From: Patescibacteria group bacterium
Lineage (GTDB): Bacteria; Patescibacteriota; Minisyncoccia; 2-02-FULL-40-12
Direction: 5' to 3'
NCBI GenBank assembly: GCA_038062015.1
Contig: JBBTXZ010000002.1
Coordinates: forward strand, 1,266 to 65,265
Length of the DNA: 64,000 bases
Shown: positions 18,849 through 28,298 of the stretch, piece by piece
Layout: every line of letters begins with the position of its first letter
Position numbering within the stretch: the first letter of the stretch is position 1
Made by a program: the position numbers and the translations under genes
Notes under the pieces: model-generated
Database searches by the model: none
The model's input: only the letters and a program-made list of their open reading frames with translations
What the model was told of the DNA's origin: nothing

Positions 18849-19557
18849 AATTTTTGCTTATTATTATCGTCCCATGTGAATCAGGAATGGGAATTCCTGA
18901 AAGTTTATTTTCGGTTAGAAACTCATCAACTGCCTTCTTAACTCCTTCCCAGTGATCATTGTTGTAATCATGAACAAAAATATAGCCTCCCTTGCTTAAT
19001 TTTGGATAAAAACTCTTTAATCCTTCCAGTATCGGTTCATATAAATCAACATCAATTCTAACGAAAGAAAAATTGGTATCCGGGACTGAATCTTTATTGA
19101 ACTTTCCCACGTGCAATTGGCACACTTCTGGATATTTCATTTTTAAAAGAATGTCTTCTGGTGAAACTTCGGCAAATTTAAAGTTTCTCTCTATGTTCTG
19201 GGCTAAGTTTTTATTTACATCATGTTCAACGTGTTCTTTAATAAATCCTCCAAAAGTATCAAATAAATGAAGTTTTCTATCTGGGAATGCTTGATTTATT
19301 TTTTCAGCAAAATCGCCTCTATAGACTCCCAGTTCAGCCACATCTCCGTCAATTTTTTTTCTCTTTATTTCATCAACGCATAATTCAAAAGTGGCGAGAA
19401 GAATATAATCAGAATAAAAATTAGAGATTCTTGTTTGGAAATTAAGCGGCCGACTCATATTCACTAATGTCCTTGTGATGATAGCATTATTTTCCCAAAA
19501 CCACCTTACTATCAAACGATATAAAAATCTTTTAACTTTATCTTTTATTCTCTTCAT
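18841..19557 (-). CDS. TylF/MycF-family sugar O-methyltransferase
   Basis: GDVAELGVYRG, FDTFGG, IDVDLYE, GGYIFVHDY. Confidence 0.9.
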   Translation of the reverse strand: MKRIKDKVKRFLYRLIVRWFWENNAIITRTLVNMSRPLNFQTRISNFYSDYILLATFELCVDEIKRKKIDGDVAELGVYRGDFAEKINQAFPDRKLHLFDTFGGFIKEHVEHDVNKNLAQNIERNFKFAEVSPEDILLKMKYPEVCQLHVGKFNKDSVPDTNFSFVRIDVDLYEPILEGLKSFYPKLSKGGYIFVHDYNNDHWEGVKKAVDEFLTENKLSGIPIPDSHGTIIISKNYV

Positions 19558-20468
19558 TCTTGATTTTTTAATCTTCCAAAATTTGAAAAATTTTTAATCT
19601 TATTCCAAATCAGTCGCAAAACGAATTTATATTTCTTCTTATAAATATATAGGAGCAAGACTTGCCAGCGGTTGTATTTATCAGGAAACTTTCGTAAGTA
19701 CTTGGGCAAAACTTGAATTTTTTCTTGGTCAATTTTAACCGAGGTCCATAAAAGCTTATTGCGACCCTCTTTAAGAACGAGTGTTCCATCATAAAGCTGA
19801 AAAATCTGCATTTGAGCCGACATATCTTTATGAATACAATATGGTTTATCGCAATCAATCTTGAAAAGTGGTAAAAATTCGTTTTTTACAAAAAAAGCAT
19901 TTAAGTAAGTAGTGGCAACTAATCTATAGCCTTTCTTTATAGCAAGATTGTAAAGTGCTAATAATGAATTACCGTGATTGATATCTTTATTCTTTTCTTG
20001 AATAAACTCAATATCAAGCGGAATTGAAGGATTAAATTCGATTACAACAACTTTCGGTTCATAAGTTTTAAGAGAATACCAAAGGTGGTAATCATTGCCA
20101 TCAACGTCAATAGAAAGTAAATCAAAATCTCTTAGTATATTTGTATTTTTTAAAATACTATCTAAACTATTTTCCCCTTCAAAATCAATGAATTTATTCA
20201 AACAGTCAACTTTATCTTTCTCTTTATAATTTTCCGACAATTTTTTAAATCTTTTTGGGTCGGCTTCAATTAAAACAGCACTCCATCCATAATTAACAAT
20301 TAAATTTCTGGTATTACTTAAATGTTCACCATCGTAAGCACCAAACTCCACGCACCATTTATCTCCTTTAATAATTTCAAATATTTTTTCTAAAATACCG
20401 TCCTCGCCGTATTGAGAGAAGATTTTTTTTGCGTGAGTGTTAAGCCAATCGTTTTGAATCGTATCCAT
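19554..20468 (-). CDS. FkbM-like methyltransferase
   Basis: SQYGEDG, VEFGAYDG, LIEAD, LLSIDVDGNDY, PKVVVIEFN. Confidence 0.8.
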   Translation of the reverse strand: MDTIQNDWLNTHAKKIFSQYGEDGILEKIFEIIKGDKWCVEFGAYDGEHLSNTRNLIVNYGWSAVLIEADPKRFKKLSENYKEKDKVDCLNKFIDFEGENSLDSILKNTNILRDFDLLSIDVDGNDYHLWYSLKTYEPKVVVIEFNPSIPLDIEFIQEKNKDINHGNSLLALYNLAIKKGYRLVATTYLNAFFVKNEFLPLFKIDCDKPYCIHKDMSAQMQIFQLYDGTLVLKEGRNKLLWTSVKIDQEKIQVLPKYLRKFPDKYNRWQVLLLYIYKKKYKFVLRLIWNKIKNFSNFGRLKNQE

Positions 20469-20598
20469 ATCTTTACTTCCCTCTTATTCTGTCTCTGATT
20501 TTTCTCACCTAATTATTCTACCTGATCCGGCACGATAATCAAATCTGCCTTGATATTTTCCTTATAACTATGTCTTTTAAAAATCTATAAAATGAGCT

Positions 20599-21792
20599 AT
20601 GATAGTGCGTGCGATGCTTTCAGCAAAAGAAATCAAACGCCTAATTCTAAAAAAGAAAGGGATTATTACGGCTTCAAGCGCCCGGGTTTTTCGCCAGTCG
20701 TATTTCGGCAATGACATCATCGCGCCAAATAGCGACCCGACTCCGGATAAAACCGACTGGCGCGGATACGCGCCGGTCGAACTCTGGATTATGTCTATAG
20801 TCGAAGCTGATAATCAAGTCCGGATGCCCGGCGAAGGAATAACAAAGGTATTAATCGACAGTGAGAAAATTCCCTTAACGCAAATCAAAGACCTTTTAGG
20901 CGAATTTGTTTTCGGTTCATATATAAACCATTGGCCGCTTACGAAAATTCTTGATATCGGCGGCCGAACTACAAGGACAAGTTTCGGCACAAAAGAAATT
21001 CCGCCGATCCCGGCACATGTTCACGGCGGAAAAATTTCAAAAGGAAAAGTCCTTAAGCCCGGAAAATCAGAAGCCTACTTTTTCCCGCCAACTAATTTAG
21101 AGCCTTATAACAAAAAAATTTCTGCCAAGACAAGAATCGGATTAAAACCAAAGGTAAAAAAAGAAGATATCCGAAAAAAACTTAAAGAATTCGGCAAGAA
21201 TGATTTAATGTACACATTGCTTAACGAATTTAAAATAAGACCGATGACCGGCTGGACCGTTCCCCAAGGAATCATCCACGCTCCGGGCCCCTACCTTACC
21301 TTTGAAATCCAGCTTCCTCAAGATGACTATAACTTGGCTTCGTGGAGACTAGGAGAACGTCTTGAAGAACAGGAAAGAAACCGCCGTTATGGGGAACTCG
21401 TCTTAAGGGGTCTAAAAAATGAAGGCGTCTTTGTGGAGTTGCTTCTTGACTGGCCCGCAAATACGGATAAAGATTTTGAGAAAAAATATTTCCGCGAACC
21501 GAAAGTAATCGAGTCGGGTTCATGGGGCAGAAGATTGCAGATATTCTTTGACCAGTTTTACGGCGAGGGATGGGAACTGTTTCCCGGACAAACCAAAACT
21601 TTACCGGTGAAAAACGTGCCCGTTGCCGGAGTTGTCTGGAGTGGCCAAGCGGCCATTAACGACAGCCGCCTCGAGCAAGGCGGCCAAAATGAATTTCTCG
21701 CCATTCCAGATACAAAAATCACCGTAACTAACCCGGGTATCCTACCTCTTTTCATTTACACCGTCGAACCGATTAAAAACCAGACTTCCTGA
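20599..21792 (+). CDS. cupin-fold mannose-6-phosphate-isomerase-like protein
   Basis: ELW, WPLTKILD, PAHVH, GKSEAYFFPP, GWTVPQGIIHAPG, FEIQ..D metal-site pattern. Confidence 0.65.
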   Translation: MIVRAMLSAKEIKRLILKKKGIITASSARVFRQSYFGNDIIAPNSDPTPDKTDWRGYAPVELWIMSIVEADNQVRMPGEGITKVLIDSEKIPLTQIKDLLGEFVFGSYINHWPLTKILDIGGRTTRTSFGTKEIPPIPAHVHGGKISKGKVLKPGKSEAYFFPPTNLEPYNKKISAKTRIGLKPKVKKEDIRKKLKEFGKNDLMYTLLNEFKIRPMTGWTVPQGIIHAPGPYLTFEIQLPQDDYNLASWRLGERLEEQERNRRYGELVLRGLKNEGVFVELLLDWPANTDKDFEKKYFREPKVIESGSWGRRLQIFFDQFYGEGWELFPGQTKTLPVKNVPVAGVVWSGQAAINDSRLEQGGQNEFLAIPDTKITVTNPGILPLFIYTVEPIKNQTS

Positions 21793-21859
21793 TCCATCAT
21801 TCTGCTCTCTGTATTGAATTTGACTATAATTTAAATCTGATTTAAAATTTTATCTCGCA

Positions 21860-22621
21860 ATGAAATCAAAGAGATATAAATCAATACTCTTAGACGTAGA
21901 CGGAACCATTGTCCCAATTGGGCCCCATACCGTTCCCTCCAAAAAGGTAGTGCGTTATTTAAATAAGGCAAAAAGTAAAGTGATCGTTTCGCTTGTTTCG
22001 GGACGTCCCGTCAGCTGGCTCACTGATATTTTCCGACTGTTGAACATAACAAATCCCTGCATAGTCAACGGTGGCAGCCAGATTATTGATCCGAAAACTC
22101 AAAAGGTCCTCTGGGAAAAAAAGATTGACAAAAAATCTTTGGCTAAGATCCTAAAAATCATCCAAAACAACAAATTATCTTTTCTTGTGAATGACGGCGG
22201 GGTGGAATACAGAAATCCGAAAATTCTTAAATTCAGCCGGCCGATTGCAATTCAGGTATCATATTTAAACTCCGGAAAAATCTCCAAGTATTTAGAAAAA
22301 TTTAATAAAATTCCAAATATAACGGCACACTCTTTCCCCTCATGGGGAAAGAACAAAGTTGACATCTATATTACTCACGAAAAAGCCACCAAGCGCTCCG
22401 CGGTAGAAAAACTAGCGGCACTCTTAAAAATAGATATTTCCGACATGATTGCTGTTGGGGATGGGGAGAACGATGTCCCGCTCCTCATCGGGTGCGGCCT
22501 AAAAATTGCGATGGGAAATGCCGCAGAAAAACTTAAAAAAATAGCGGATTACGTCGCCCCATCTATCGATAATCACGGCGTGGCTCATATAATAGAAAAA
22601 TTCATCCTGCATCCGAACTAA
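21860..22621 (+). CDS. Cof-type HAD-IIB phosphatase
   Basis: DVDGT, VSGR, NGGSQI, ATK, GDGENDV, AMGNA. Confidence 0.92.
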   Translation: MKSKRYKSILLDVDGTIVPIGPHTVPSKKVVRYLNKAKSKVIVSLVSGRPVSWLTDIFRLLNITNPCIVNGGSQIIDPKTQKVLWEKKIDKKSLAKILKIIQNNKLSFLVNDGGVEYRNPKILKFSRPIAIQVSYLNSGKISKYLEKFNKIPNITAHSFPSWGKNKVDIYITHEKATKRSAVEKLAALLKIDISDMIAVGDGENDVPLLIGCGLKIAMGNAAEKLKKIADYVAPSIDNHGVAHIIEKFILHPN

Positions 22622-22647
22622 AACACGATATGCCTATCGCCTAATAG

Positions 22648-23235
22648 TTATTCAGATTCGTCAAACACAAAACGCACAGCTTCTCTAATCATATTTTCAA
22701 CACTGCTCTGCGGTATTCGTATAAGGCAGGACTCGGCAATGTTTTTATAATAATCATCGATGCGGCCGGCGCTTCTTAAAAAACTGGCCCGGATCGCCGG
22801 ATCCGACCAATTCTTCATGTCCGAATAGTCGTCAGGCAACATAAATTCCGAGCGGCGCTTGGCTTCTTCAAGATCGGGTGATTCAAGAACTATGAATTTA
22901 AGAGAAAACCCGAAACGCCGTGAAAGCTCTTTTATATACTCGTACGTTTCTACAAAATCGTGATCCATAACGACAACCGGAATTCCTCCGGAATCCAATA
23001 CTGCGGGCGCCATAACCTTGCACATGGCCCGGGCAACCCAGTGCCGATAACCAAGGCTCTCGGCTGAATCCGGCTTACCAGTATTCTCGCCGAAAATCTT
23101 CATTCTGATTTCATCCATATCAACCAGCGCCGGCTTTAGGCCTTTTAAACGAAGCGCCTCAATAATACCTTTTGCAACCGTTGTTTTGCCCGCGCGTTTT
23201 GCACCGTCTATATGAATCTGCAGTCGCTGTTTCAT
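22648..23235 (-). CDS. P-loop small-molecule kinase-like protein (AAA_33/gluconate-kinase-like)
   Basis: GAKRAGKTT, DMDEIR, EEAKRR; start moved to MKQRLQ to avoid overlap with tal. Confidence 0.65.
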   Translation of the reverse strand: MKQRLQIHIDGAKRAGKTTVAKGIIEALRLKGLKPALVDMDEIRMKIFGENTGKPDSAESLGYRHWVARAMCKVMAPAVLDSGGIPVVVMDHDFVETYEYIKELSRRFGFSLKFIVLESPDLEEAKRRSEFMLPDDYSDMKNWSDPAIRASFLRSAGRIDDYYKNIAESCLIRIPQSSVENMIREAVRFVFDESE

Positions 23236-23236
23236 T

Positions 23237-23911
23237 TTATAGTTTATAGCCTGCTTCCTTGCCATCGTTATAAAACATTTTAACCGTCTCCAAAGATAAT
23301 TCCTTTAAATCCATGCCTTTAAATTTTTCGTATTTGGCTATCAGTTCAGAAGTACAGGTAATTATATCTGCTCCGGCTTCTTCGGCCTGATAAATATTTA
23401 AAACTTCGCGGGGCGATGCCCAAAGTATTTGAGCCAGCCCGCCGATTAAACTTTTAGATTTTGAAACATATTCACCGGGTTCTCTCCCTGTATCAGCAAT
23501 CCTTCCGGCAAAAATTGATATTATGCTTTTAGAGTTAATCACGGGTTTTAAATTTTCAACTTGGTCTAATTCCGTAACTGCCGTAATATTTAATTTTAAA
23601 TCAGAGAGTTTCTTTATTAATCCAACAGAGTACTCCCCTTTTGTGTTTGTAATCGGTACCTTCACATACACGTTTTCACCCCAGCCTGAAATTAATCTAG
23701 CTTGTCTTTCCATTTGATCAAAGTCATCAGCAAAAACCTCAAATGACACCGGCTTATCTCTAACTTCGGCAAGAACTTCTTTACAGAACTTTTCATAATC
23801 AACGACTCCGGCCTTCCTCATCAGAGTCGGATTTGTCGTAAAACCCTGTACTTTATCCTTATATTCCCTTATGGCATTTAAATCGCTTGAGTCCAGAAAT
23901 ATTTTAATCAT
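23237..23911 (-). CDS. tal: transaldolase (short type)
   Basis: IFLDS, GFTTNPTLMRKAG, PVSFEV, VYVKVP, LNITA, ISIFAGRIADTG, LWASPRE. Confidence 0.92.
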   Translation of the reverse strand: MIKIFLDSSDLNAIREYKDKVQGFTTNPTLMRKAGVVDYEKFCKEVLAEVRDKPVSFEVFADDFDQMERQARLISGWGENVYVKVPITNTKGEYSVGLIKKLSDLKLNITAVTELDQVENLKPVINSKSIISIFAGRIADTGREPGEYVSKSKSLIGGLAQILWASPREVLNIYQAEEAGADIITCTSELIAKYEKFKGMDLKELSLETVKMFYNDGKEAGYKL

Positions 23912-23927
23912 ATTAGTAAATATTCTA

Positions 23928-24431
23928 TTAAACCTTCCGGGCGCCTAAAATCAAATCACACACTTCCCGCAAGGCATGATCGCCGCCTTGGCGCTTGGTT
24001 GCATAATCAGCAATTTTCAGACATTCGGAGGCGCCATCTTTAACCGTAAAAGCAACGCCGGCATATTTTAGACAATCCAAATCATTCAAGTCATCGCCCA
24101 TATAAGCGACTTCTTCTATGTTCATTCTTTCCCGTTTAATAAGGCTCTTAAATGAAGATAACTTATCATCCGGACTGTAAAGCATCTCTATTTTCAGCTT
24201 TTCACATCTTTTAGCGACGACGGGGCTTGATTCCATGGAAATAACCACAAATTTTATACCTTCTTTTTTGAGTAGATTCATGCCTAAACTGTCACGGCGG
24301 CTGCAAACAACCGTTTCGATTCCATCCTGATTCAAATAAACTTTAGCGTCGGTAAAAACCCCGTCAAAGTCCAAAGCAAATAGTTTTATTTTCTTAAGTT
24401 TACGATTTAAATCCGCACTTATTTTTTTCAT
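23928..24431 (-). CDS. KdsC/KDN-9-phosphate-phosphatase-family HAD phosphatase
   Basis: IKLFALDFDGVFTD, RRDSLG, AYMGDDLND, GGDHALREVCDLIL. Confidence 0.9.
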   Translation of the reverse strand: MKKISADLNRKLKKIKLFALDFDGVFTDAKVYLNQDGIETVVCSRRDSLGMNLLKKEGIKFVVISMESSPVVAKRCEKLKIEMLYSPDDKLSSFKSLIKRERMNIEEVAYMGDDLNDLDCLKYAGVAFTVKDGASECLKIADYATKRQGGDHALREVCDLILGARKV

Positions 24432-24541
24432 AGGTTTATGCCTTTATTTTATCTTAAGTTGAATATCTTAATCATAGAAATCTAATTTTAACAAAATTCC
24501 CGGTTTTGTAAATATTCGCCAATTCTGATATTGTTTGTTAA

Positions 24542-24820
24542 ATGACCATTTTAAAAATATTTGACTATCTAACCATCGCCAGTTTAGCTTTTTTAAGTTA
24601 CGGGGTTTTATCGCAATGGCATTATATTTTTAAAAGCAAGTCGATTCGCGATATTGTTGTCCAAGATGTTTTAATCAGGTGGATTGCCACTTTAGTTTTG
24701 TTAATCAAAATAGTATTTGTTGGCGACCTTTATTTAATAATCGGACAGTCAATTTTTTCATTAGCTATTTCGACATACGCATTAACTTTATTATATATAA
24801 AGTCAAGGTATAAACAATGA
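24542..24820 (+). CDS. SemiSWEET/PQ-loop-like 3-TM protein
   Basis: 92 aa, three hydrophobic segments, LSQWHYIFKSKSIRDI resembling PQ..K.KS..D. Confidence 0.55.
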   Translation: MTILKIFDYLTIASLAFLSYGVLSQWHYIFKSKSIRDIVVQDVLIRWIATLVLLIKIVFVGDLYLIIGQSIFSLAISTYALTLLYIKSRYKQ

Positions 24821-25557
24821 AAATTGTAGCTGTAATTCCGGCTCGGGGCGGGTCAAAAAGAATTCCCCGGAAAAATATAAAAAACTTCTGCGGCAAGCCG
24901 TTAATTGCCTGGACGATTTTAGGGGCGCTTAAAAGTAAATACCTGGATCGGGTGATTGTTTCAACCGACGATGAAGAAATTGCCAAAATCGCCAAAAAAT
25001 ACGGCGCCGAAGCGCCGTTTTTGCGGCCGGCAGAACTGGCAATCCCGACTATCGGCCTTGAACCAGTGCTTAAACACTCTTATGAATGGCTTTTAGAAAA
25101 CGAGAATTATAAAGCTGACGCGCTGGCGCTTTTGCTGCCGACAGCCCCCTTAAGACAAACACGTCATATTGACGATGCAATTGAAATTTTTAAAAAGAAA
25201 AAATCTGATTCAGTGGTGGCAATCAATGAAACGCCGGCCAGCCACTCGCCTTATTGGACTTTGGTTATAAATAAAAAAGGCAAAGTAACTTTATGGAACG
25301 GCTCTGGTTTAGAAAACAGAATAACCCGCAGTCAGGATTTTCCCCAAAAGTGCTATTCCTGGAACGATTTGGCATATGTTTTTAAGCCAAAAAACTTGTT
25401 TAAAAAAGTGCCTAATCTTTATGGCGACAATGTGGAACCATATATAATCCCTGATCCTTCCAGATACGAAGCTGATATAAATACTCCGGACGACTGGGAA
25501 GCCGCCGAAATAAAATTCAAAATACTCCAGAGAAAAAACTTTCTTAAAAACCGCTAA
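24817..25557 (+). CDS. neuA: acylneuraminate (nonulosonate) cytidylyltransferase
   Basis: IPARGGSKRIPRKNI, GKPLIAW, VSTDDEEI, PFLRPAEL, PTAPLR, DINTPDD. Confidence 0.93.
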   Translation: MKIVAVIPARGGSKRIPRKNIKNFCGKPLIAWTILGALKSKYLDRVIVSTDDEEIAKIAKKYGAEAPFLRPAELAIPTIGLEPVLKHSYEWLLENENYKADALALLLPTAPLRQTRHIDDAIEIFKKKKSDSVVAINETPASHSPYWTLVINKKGKVTLWNGSGLENRITRSQDFPQKCYSWNDLAYVFKPKNLFKKVPNLYGDNVEPYIIPDPSRYEADINTPDDWEAAEIKFKILQRKNFLKNR

Positions 25558-26338
25558 CTGACCAGCCGCCGTCAACTGTAATATCCGACCCCGTCACATA
25601 ACTTGAAGCGCCTGATGCCAAAAAAACTGCGGCGCCGACAAGCTCTTTTGGTTCGCCGTATCTTTTAATCATGGCCCGTTCAAGCCTCGCAGCGCGAGCT
25701 TCAGGATCAGCATAACTTTTTGCAGTCATGGCTGTATGCATATAGCCGGGGCTAATGCTGTTTACCCTGATTCCATACTTTGCCCAATCTTTAGCCAAAG
25801 CCCTCGTCAAAGAAGCTAAGCCGCCTTTAGCCGCAACGTAAGCCGGATTATTAGAATATCCAAATTTACTGCTTATGCTTGCTATATTGATAATGCTGCC
25901 CTCTTTCTTTGATTTTATCATTTCTCTGGCAACCAGCTGGCTTAGTTGAAAATGAGCAGTTAAGTTGACGGCTATTGTTTTTTCCCATTGATCTATCGGA
26001 TATTCTTCAGATGGGTACCCCACTGTTATGCCGGCGTTATTGACTAAAGTATCAATTGTTCGGCCGGATTTTTTAATTTTTGAAATAATCCTTTCTAAAT
26101 CTTCTTTTTTGCTGATATCGGCATTTATAAAAACTGCTTGGCTTTGCTTTTTAAAAAGTTCTGGTTCTTCCGGATTGATAATATCCACAAAGTAAACAAA
26201 AGCTCCGGCGGCAAGAAAGCCGTTAGCAATTGCTTGACCATTTCCTCTTGCCGCGCCGGTAACTATCGCCGTTTTACCTTCCAAAGAAAAAATGCCGTCT
26301 AAGAATTGGCTGTTTTTTTGCTTACTTTTTTTATTCAT
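25544..26338 (-). CDS. SDR oxidoreductase (gluconate 5-dehydrogenase-like)
   Basis: TGAARGNG, LVNNAGI, YVAAK, VNSISPG, VDGG. Confidence 0.9.
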   Translation of the reverse strand: MNKKSKQKNSQFLDGIFSLEGKTAIVTGAARGNGQAIANGFLAAGAFVYFVDIINPEEPELFKKQSQAVFINADISKKEDLERIISKIKKSGRTIDTLVNNAGITVGYPSEEYPIDQWEKTIAVNLTAHFQLSQLVAREMIKSKKEGSIINIASISSKFGYSNNPAYVAAKGGLASLTRALAKDWAKYGIRVNSISPGYMHTAMTAKSYADPEARAARLERAMIKRYGEPKELVGAAVFLASGASSYVTGSDITVDGGWSVSGF

Positions 26339-26542
26339 AACTTAAGAGTCTACCTCTTTTTGTTCTATTTATCAAATCTCCGGAAAAATACTCCAACTGC
26401 TTCCATGCGGATCCGAGGCAGAAGATTGTAGATGGTGTACATTCTCATATTTTAACAAAGGGGTGGTTCCAAGGTATTGAACCATAACATAATTTAGACA
26501 TTTATTATATTTATTTTATAAAAAAACAATAAAATCACAAAA

Positions 26543-27250
26543 CTACTTATCAACACTGATTTCAACAAAAATCCCTTGGCCAAACAAAGACGGCCAGAGA
26601 CGGTTCAAAATCGGCATACCTTCATAAAGATGAATTTTGAAATTCTTATAACTCTGGTTTTTTAGCCACCAAGCCATATCGCGAACTGTCCAAAACCTTA
26701 AATGTTCTGATGGCCGCACCCGCCATTGAAGCGGAAATCGGCCAAAAAGTAACCTAAACCGATGCACAAAAAATCCGGTATTAGGTACGGAAAAAAACAC
26801 TCCTTTTTTCGAATTTTTAAAAGCCCACTTTAAAATTTCTTCCGAATTAGACAAATGCTCAATTACCTCAAAAAGAAAAACATAATCCGCTTGGGGAAGT
26901 CTGTTTAACTCTTCAACTTTTGAAATATCTAAATTAAGTATCTCAATTCCCTTCTCTTTAGCTAAAGCCAAAACCTCTTTTGAAAAATCCACACCAATCA
27001 TCCTGCCTAGCTTTTTTCTTTGATTAATATAAAAAAGAATTCCGCCGTCGCCGCAGCCGACATCAATCACTGAACTTCCCGATTCAATCGCCTTAACTAC
27101 AAAATCAGCTCTCTTTTTTTGAAAGCTATTTAGCGGTTTCTGGGATGCTGACTTTCTTTCTTTCCAATAAAGAGTATAGTCCGGGTCGTTGTCTTTCAAC
27201 GCCGGGTAAATAAATAATTCCTTAAGCCACTTTTTCAAAGTATAGAGCAT
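26543..27250 (-). CDS. class I SAM methyltransferase (MetW-like)
   Basis: VIDVGCGDG, EVIEHL, SVPN, RLLFGRFP, HLRFWT. Confidence 0.85.
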   Translation of the reverse strand: MLYTLKKWLKELFIYPALKDNDPDYTLYWKERKSASQKPLNSFQKKRADFVVKAIESGSSVIDVGCGDGGILFYINQRKKLGRMIGVDFSKEVLALAKEKGIEILNLDISKVEELNRLPQADYVFLFEVIEHLSNSEEILKWAFKNSKKGVFFSVPNTGFFVHRFRLLFGRFPLQWRVRPSEHLRFWTVRDMAWWLKNQSYKNFKIHLYEGMPILNRLWPSLFGQGIFVEISVDK

Positions 27251-28272
27251 TAAAAATCCTGGGTTTTTCGAAGCATCTTGATAATCGGAATTTCGGCTTC
27301 CAAAACGGTTTTTACGCCGGTGCCGGTTGCCGCGCTCATCGCTCTCACGGCTTTGACAAGTTCGACAAATTCCTGGGGCTCCAGACTGGCGGCTTGATCG
27401 CCGCCGAACATTTTTTTATCCAAAGTGATATGACGCTCAATCAGTCGGGCGCCGATGGTTGCCGCGGCAACAGAAGCAACAATCCCCTTCTCATGGCCGC
27501 TGTATCCTACTTGTACCGCTGGAAAAAATTTCCTGAATTTAATAATTGTTCTCAAATTCAGGTCCTTTTCTTCGGCCGGATAAGTAGAGACGGTATGAAG
27601 CAGGATTAAATTTCTGGTTCCCAAAATACTAAGCGCCTTTCTGACTTGTTCCATCGTACTCATACCGGTTGAAAGAATCACCGGCCTGCCGGTTTGCTTA
27701 ACTTTTCTTAAAAGCCCGGCATTAGTCAACATCGCCGAAGCGATTTTATGGCAGGGCGGATCAAGTTTTTCGAGAAAATCAAGGCTTTCTTCATCCCATG
27801 GAGAAGCAAAACACAAAAGCCCTTTCTGATTCGCGTAAGAAAACAATTCTCTGTATTCGGCTTCATTAAATTCACGGGCGTATTTTAGATCTCCGTCGGT
27901 AGAATCTTGAAAATCGGATTTGATTAATCGTTCAACCGATTCTTTCGGAAGAGCCTCTCGTTTAATCGCATTTTCCAAAAGATCTCTGGGCACGGCCCGA
28001 GGTTTAGCCAATTCTTCAGCCGAATAAACCATCGGAATAGTTCTTTTTTGAAATTTGACGGCTTGGGCGCCGGCCTCAGACGCTATATCAATCAGTTTTT
28101 TTGCAATCTCCATACCGCCGTTATGGTTAACCCCGATTTCAGCTACAAAAAAAACCGGCTGTGTTCTAGAAACCGGAATTTTACCTAAATAAACATCAGG
28201 CGGTTCTGATGGAATTTTCTTAACAATCCTTACAAATTTAGTGACAGCTCGATTGACCAAATTCGTAAACAT
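27250..28272 (-). CDS. neuB: NeuB-family nonulosonic acid (9-phosphate) synthase lacking the C-terminal SAF domain
   Basis: AEIGVNHNG, AVKFQKRT, ASPWD, KIASA, ILSTGMS, LLHTVSTYP, GYSGHE, IERHITLD, DQAASLEP. Confidence 0.93.
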   Translation of the reverse strand: MFTNLVNRAVTKFVRIVKKIPSEPPDVYLGKIPVSRTQPVFFVAEIGVNHNGGMEIAKKLIDIASEAGAQAVKFQKRTIPMVYSAEELAKPRAVPRDLLENAIKREALPKESVERLIKSDFQDSTDGDLKYAREFNEAEYRELFSYANQKGLLCFASPWDEESLDFLEKLDPPCHKIASAMLTNAGLLRKVKQTGRPVILSTGMSTMEQVRKALSILGTRNLILLHTVSTYPAEEKDLNLRTIIKFRKFFPAVQVGYSGHEKGIVASVAAATIGARLIERHITLDKKMFGGDQAASLEPQEFVELVKAVRAMSAATGTGVKTVLEAEIPIIKMLRKTQDF

Positions 28273-28298
28273 AATAGCATTATAATCTTATTGCTTAA

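Noticed and set aside
26373-26484. short minus-strand ORF MVQYLGTTPLLKYENV.. resembling a PLP-enzyme N-terminus
   Set aside because: Only 37 aa, no catalytic motif; similarity too weak to call a pseudogene.
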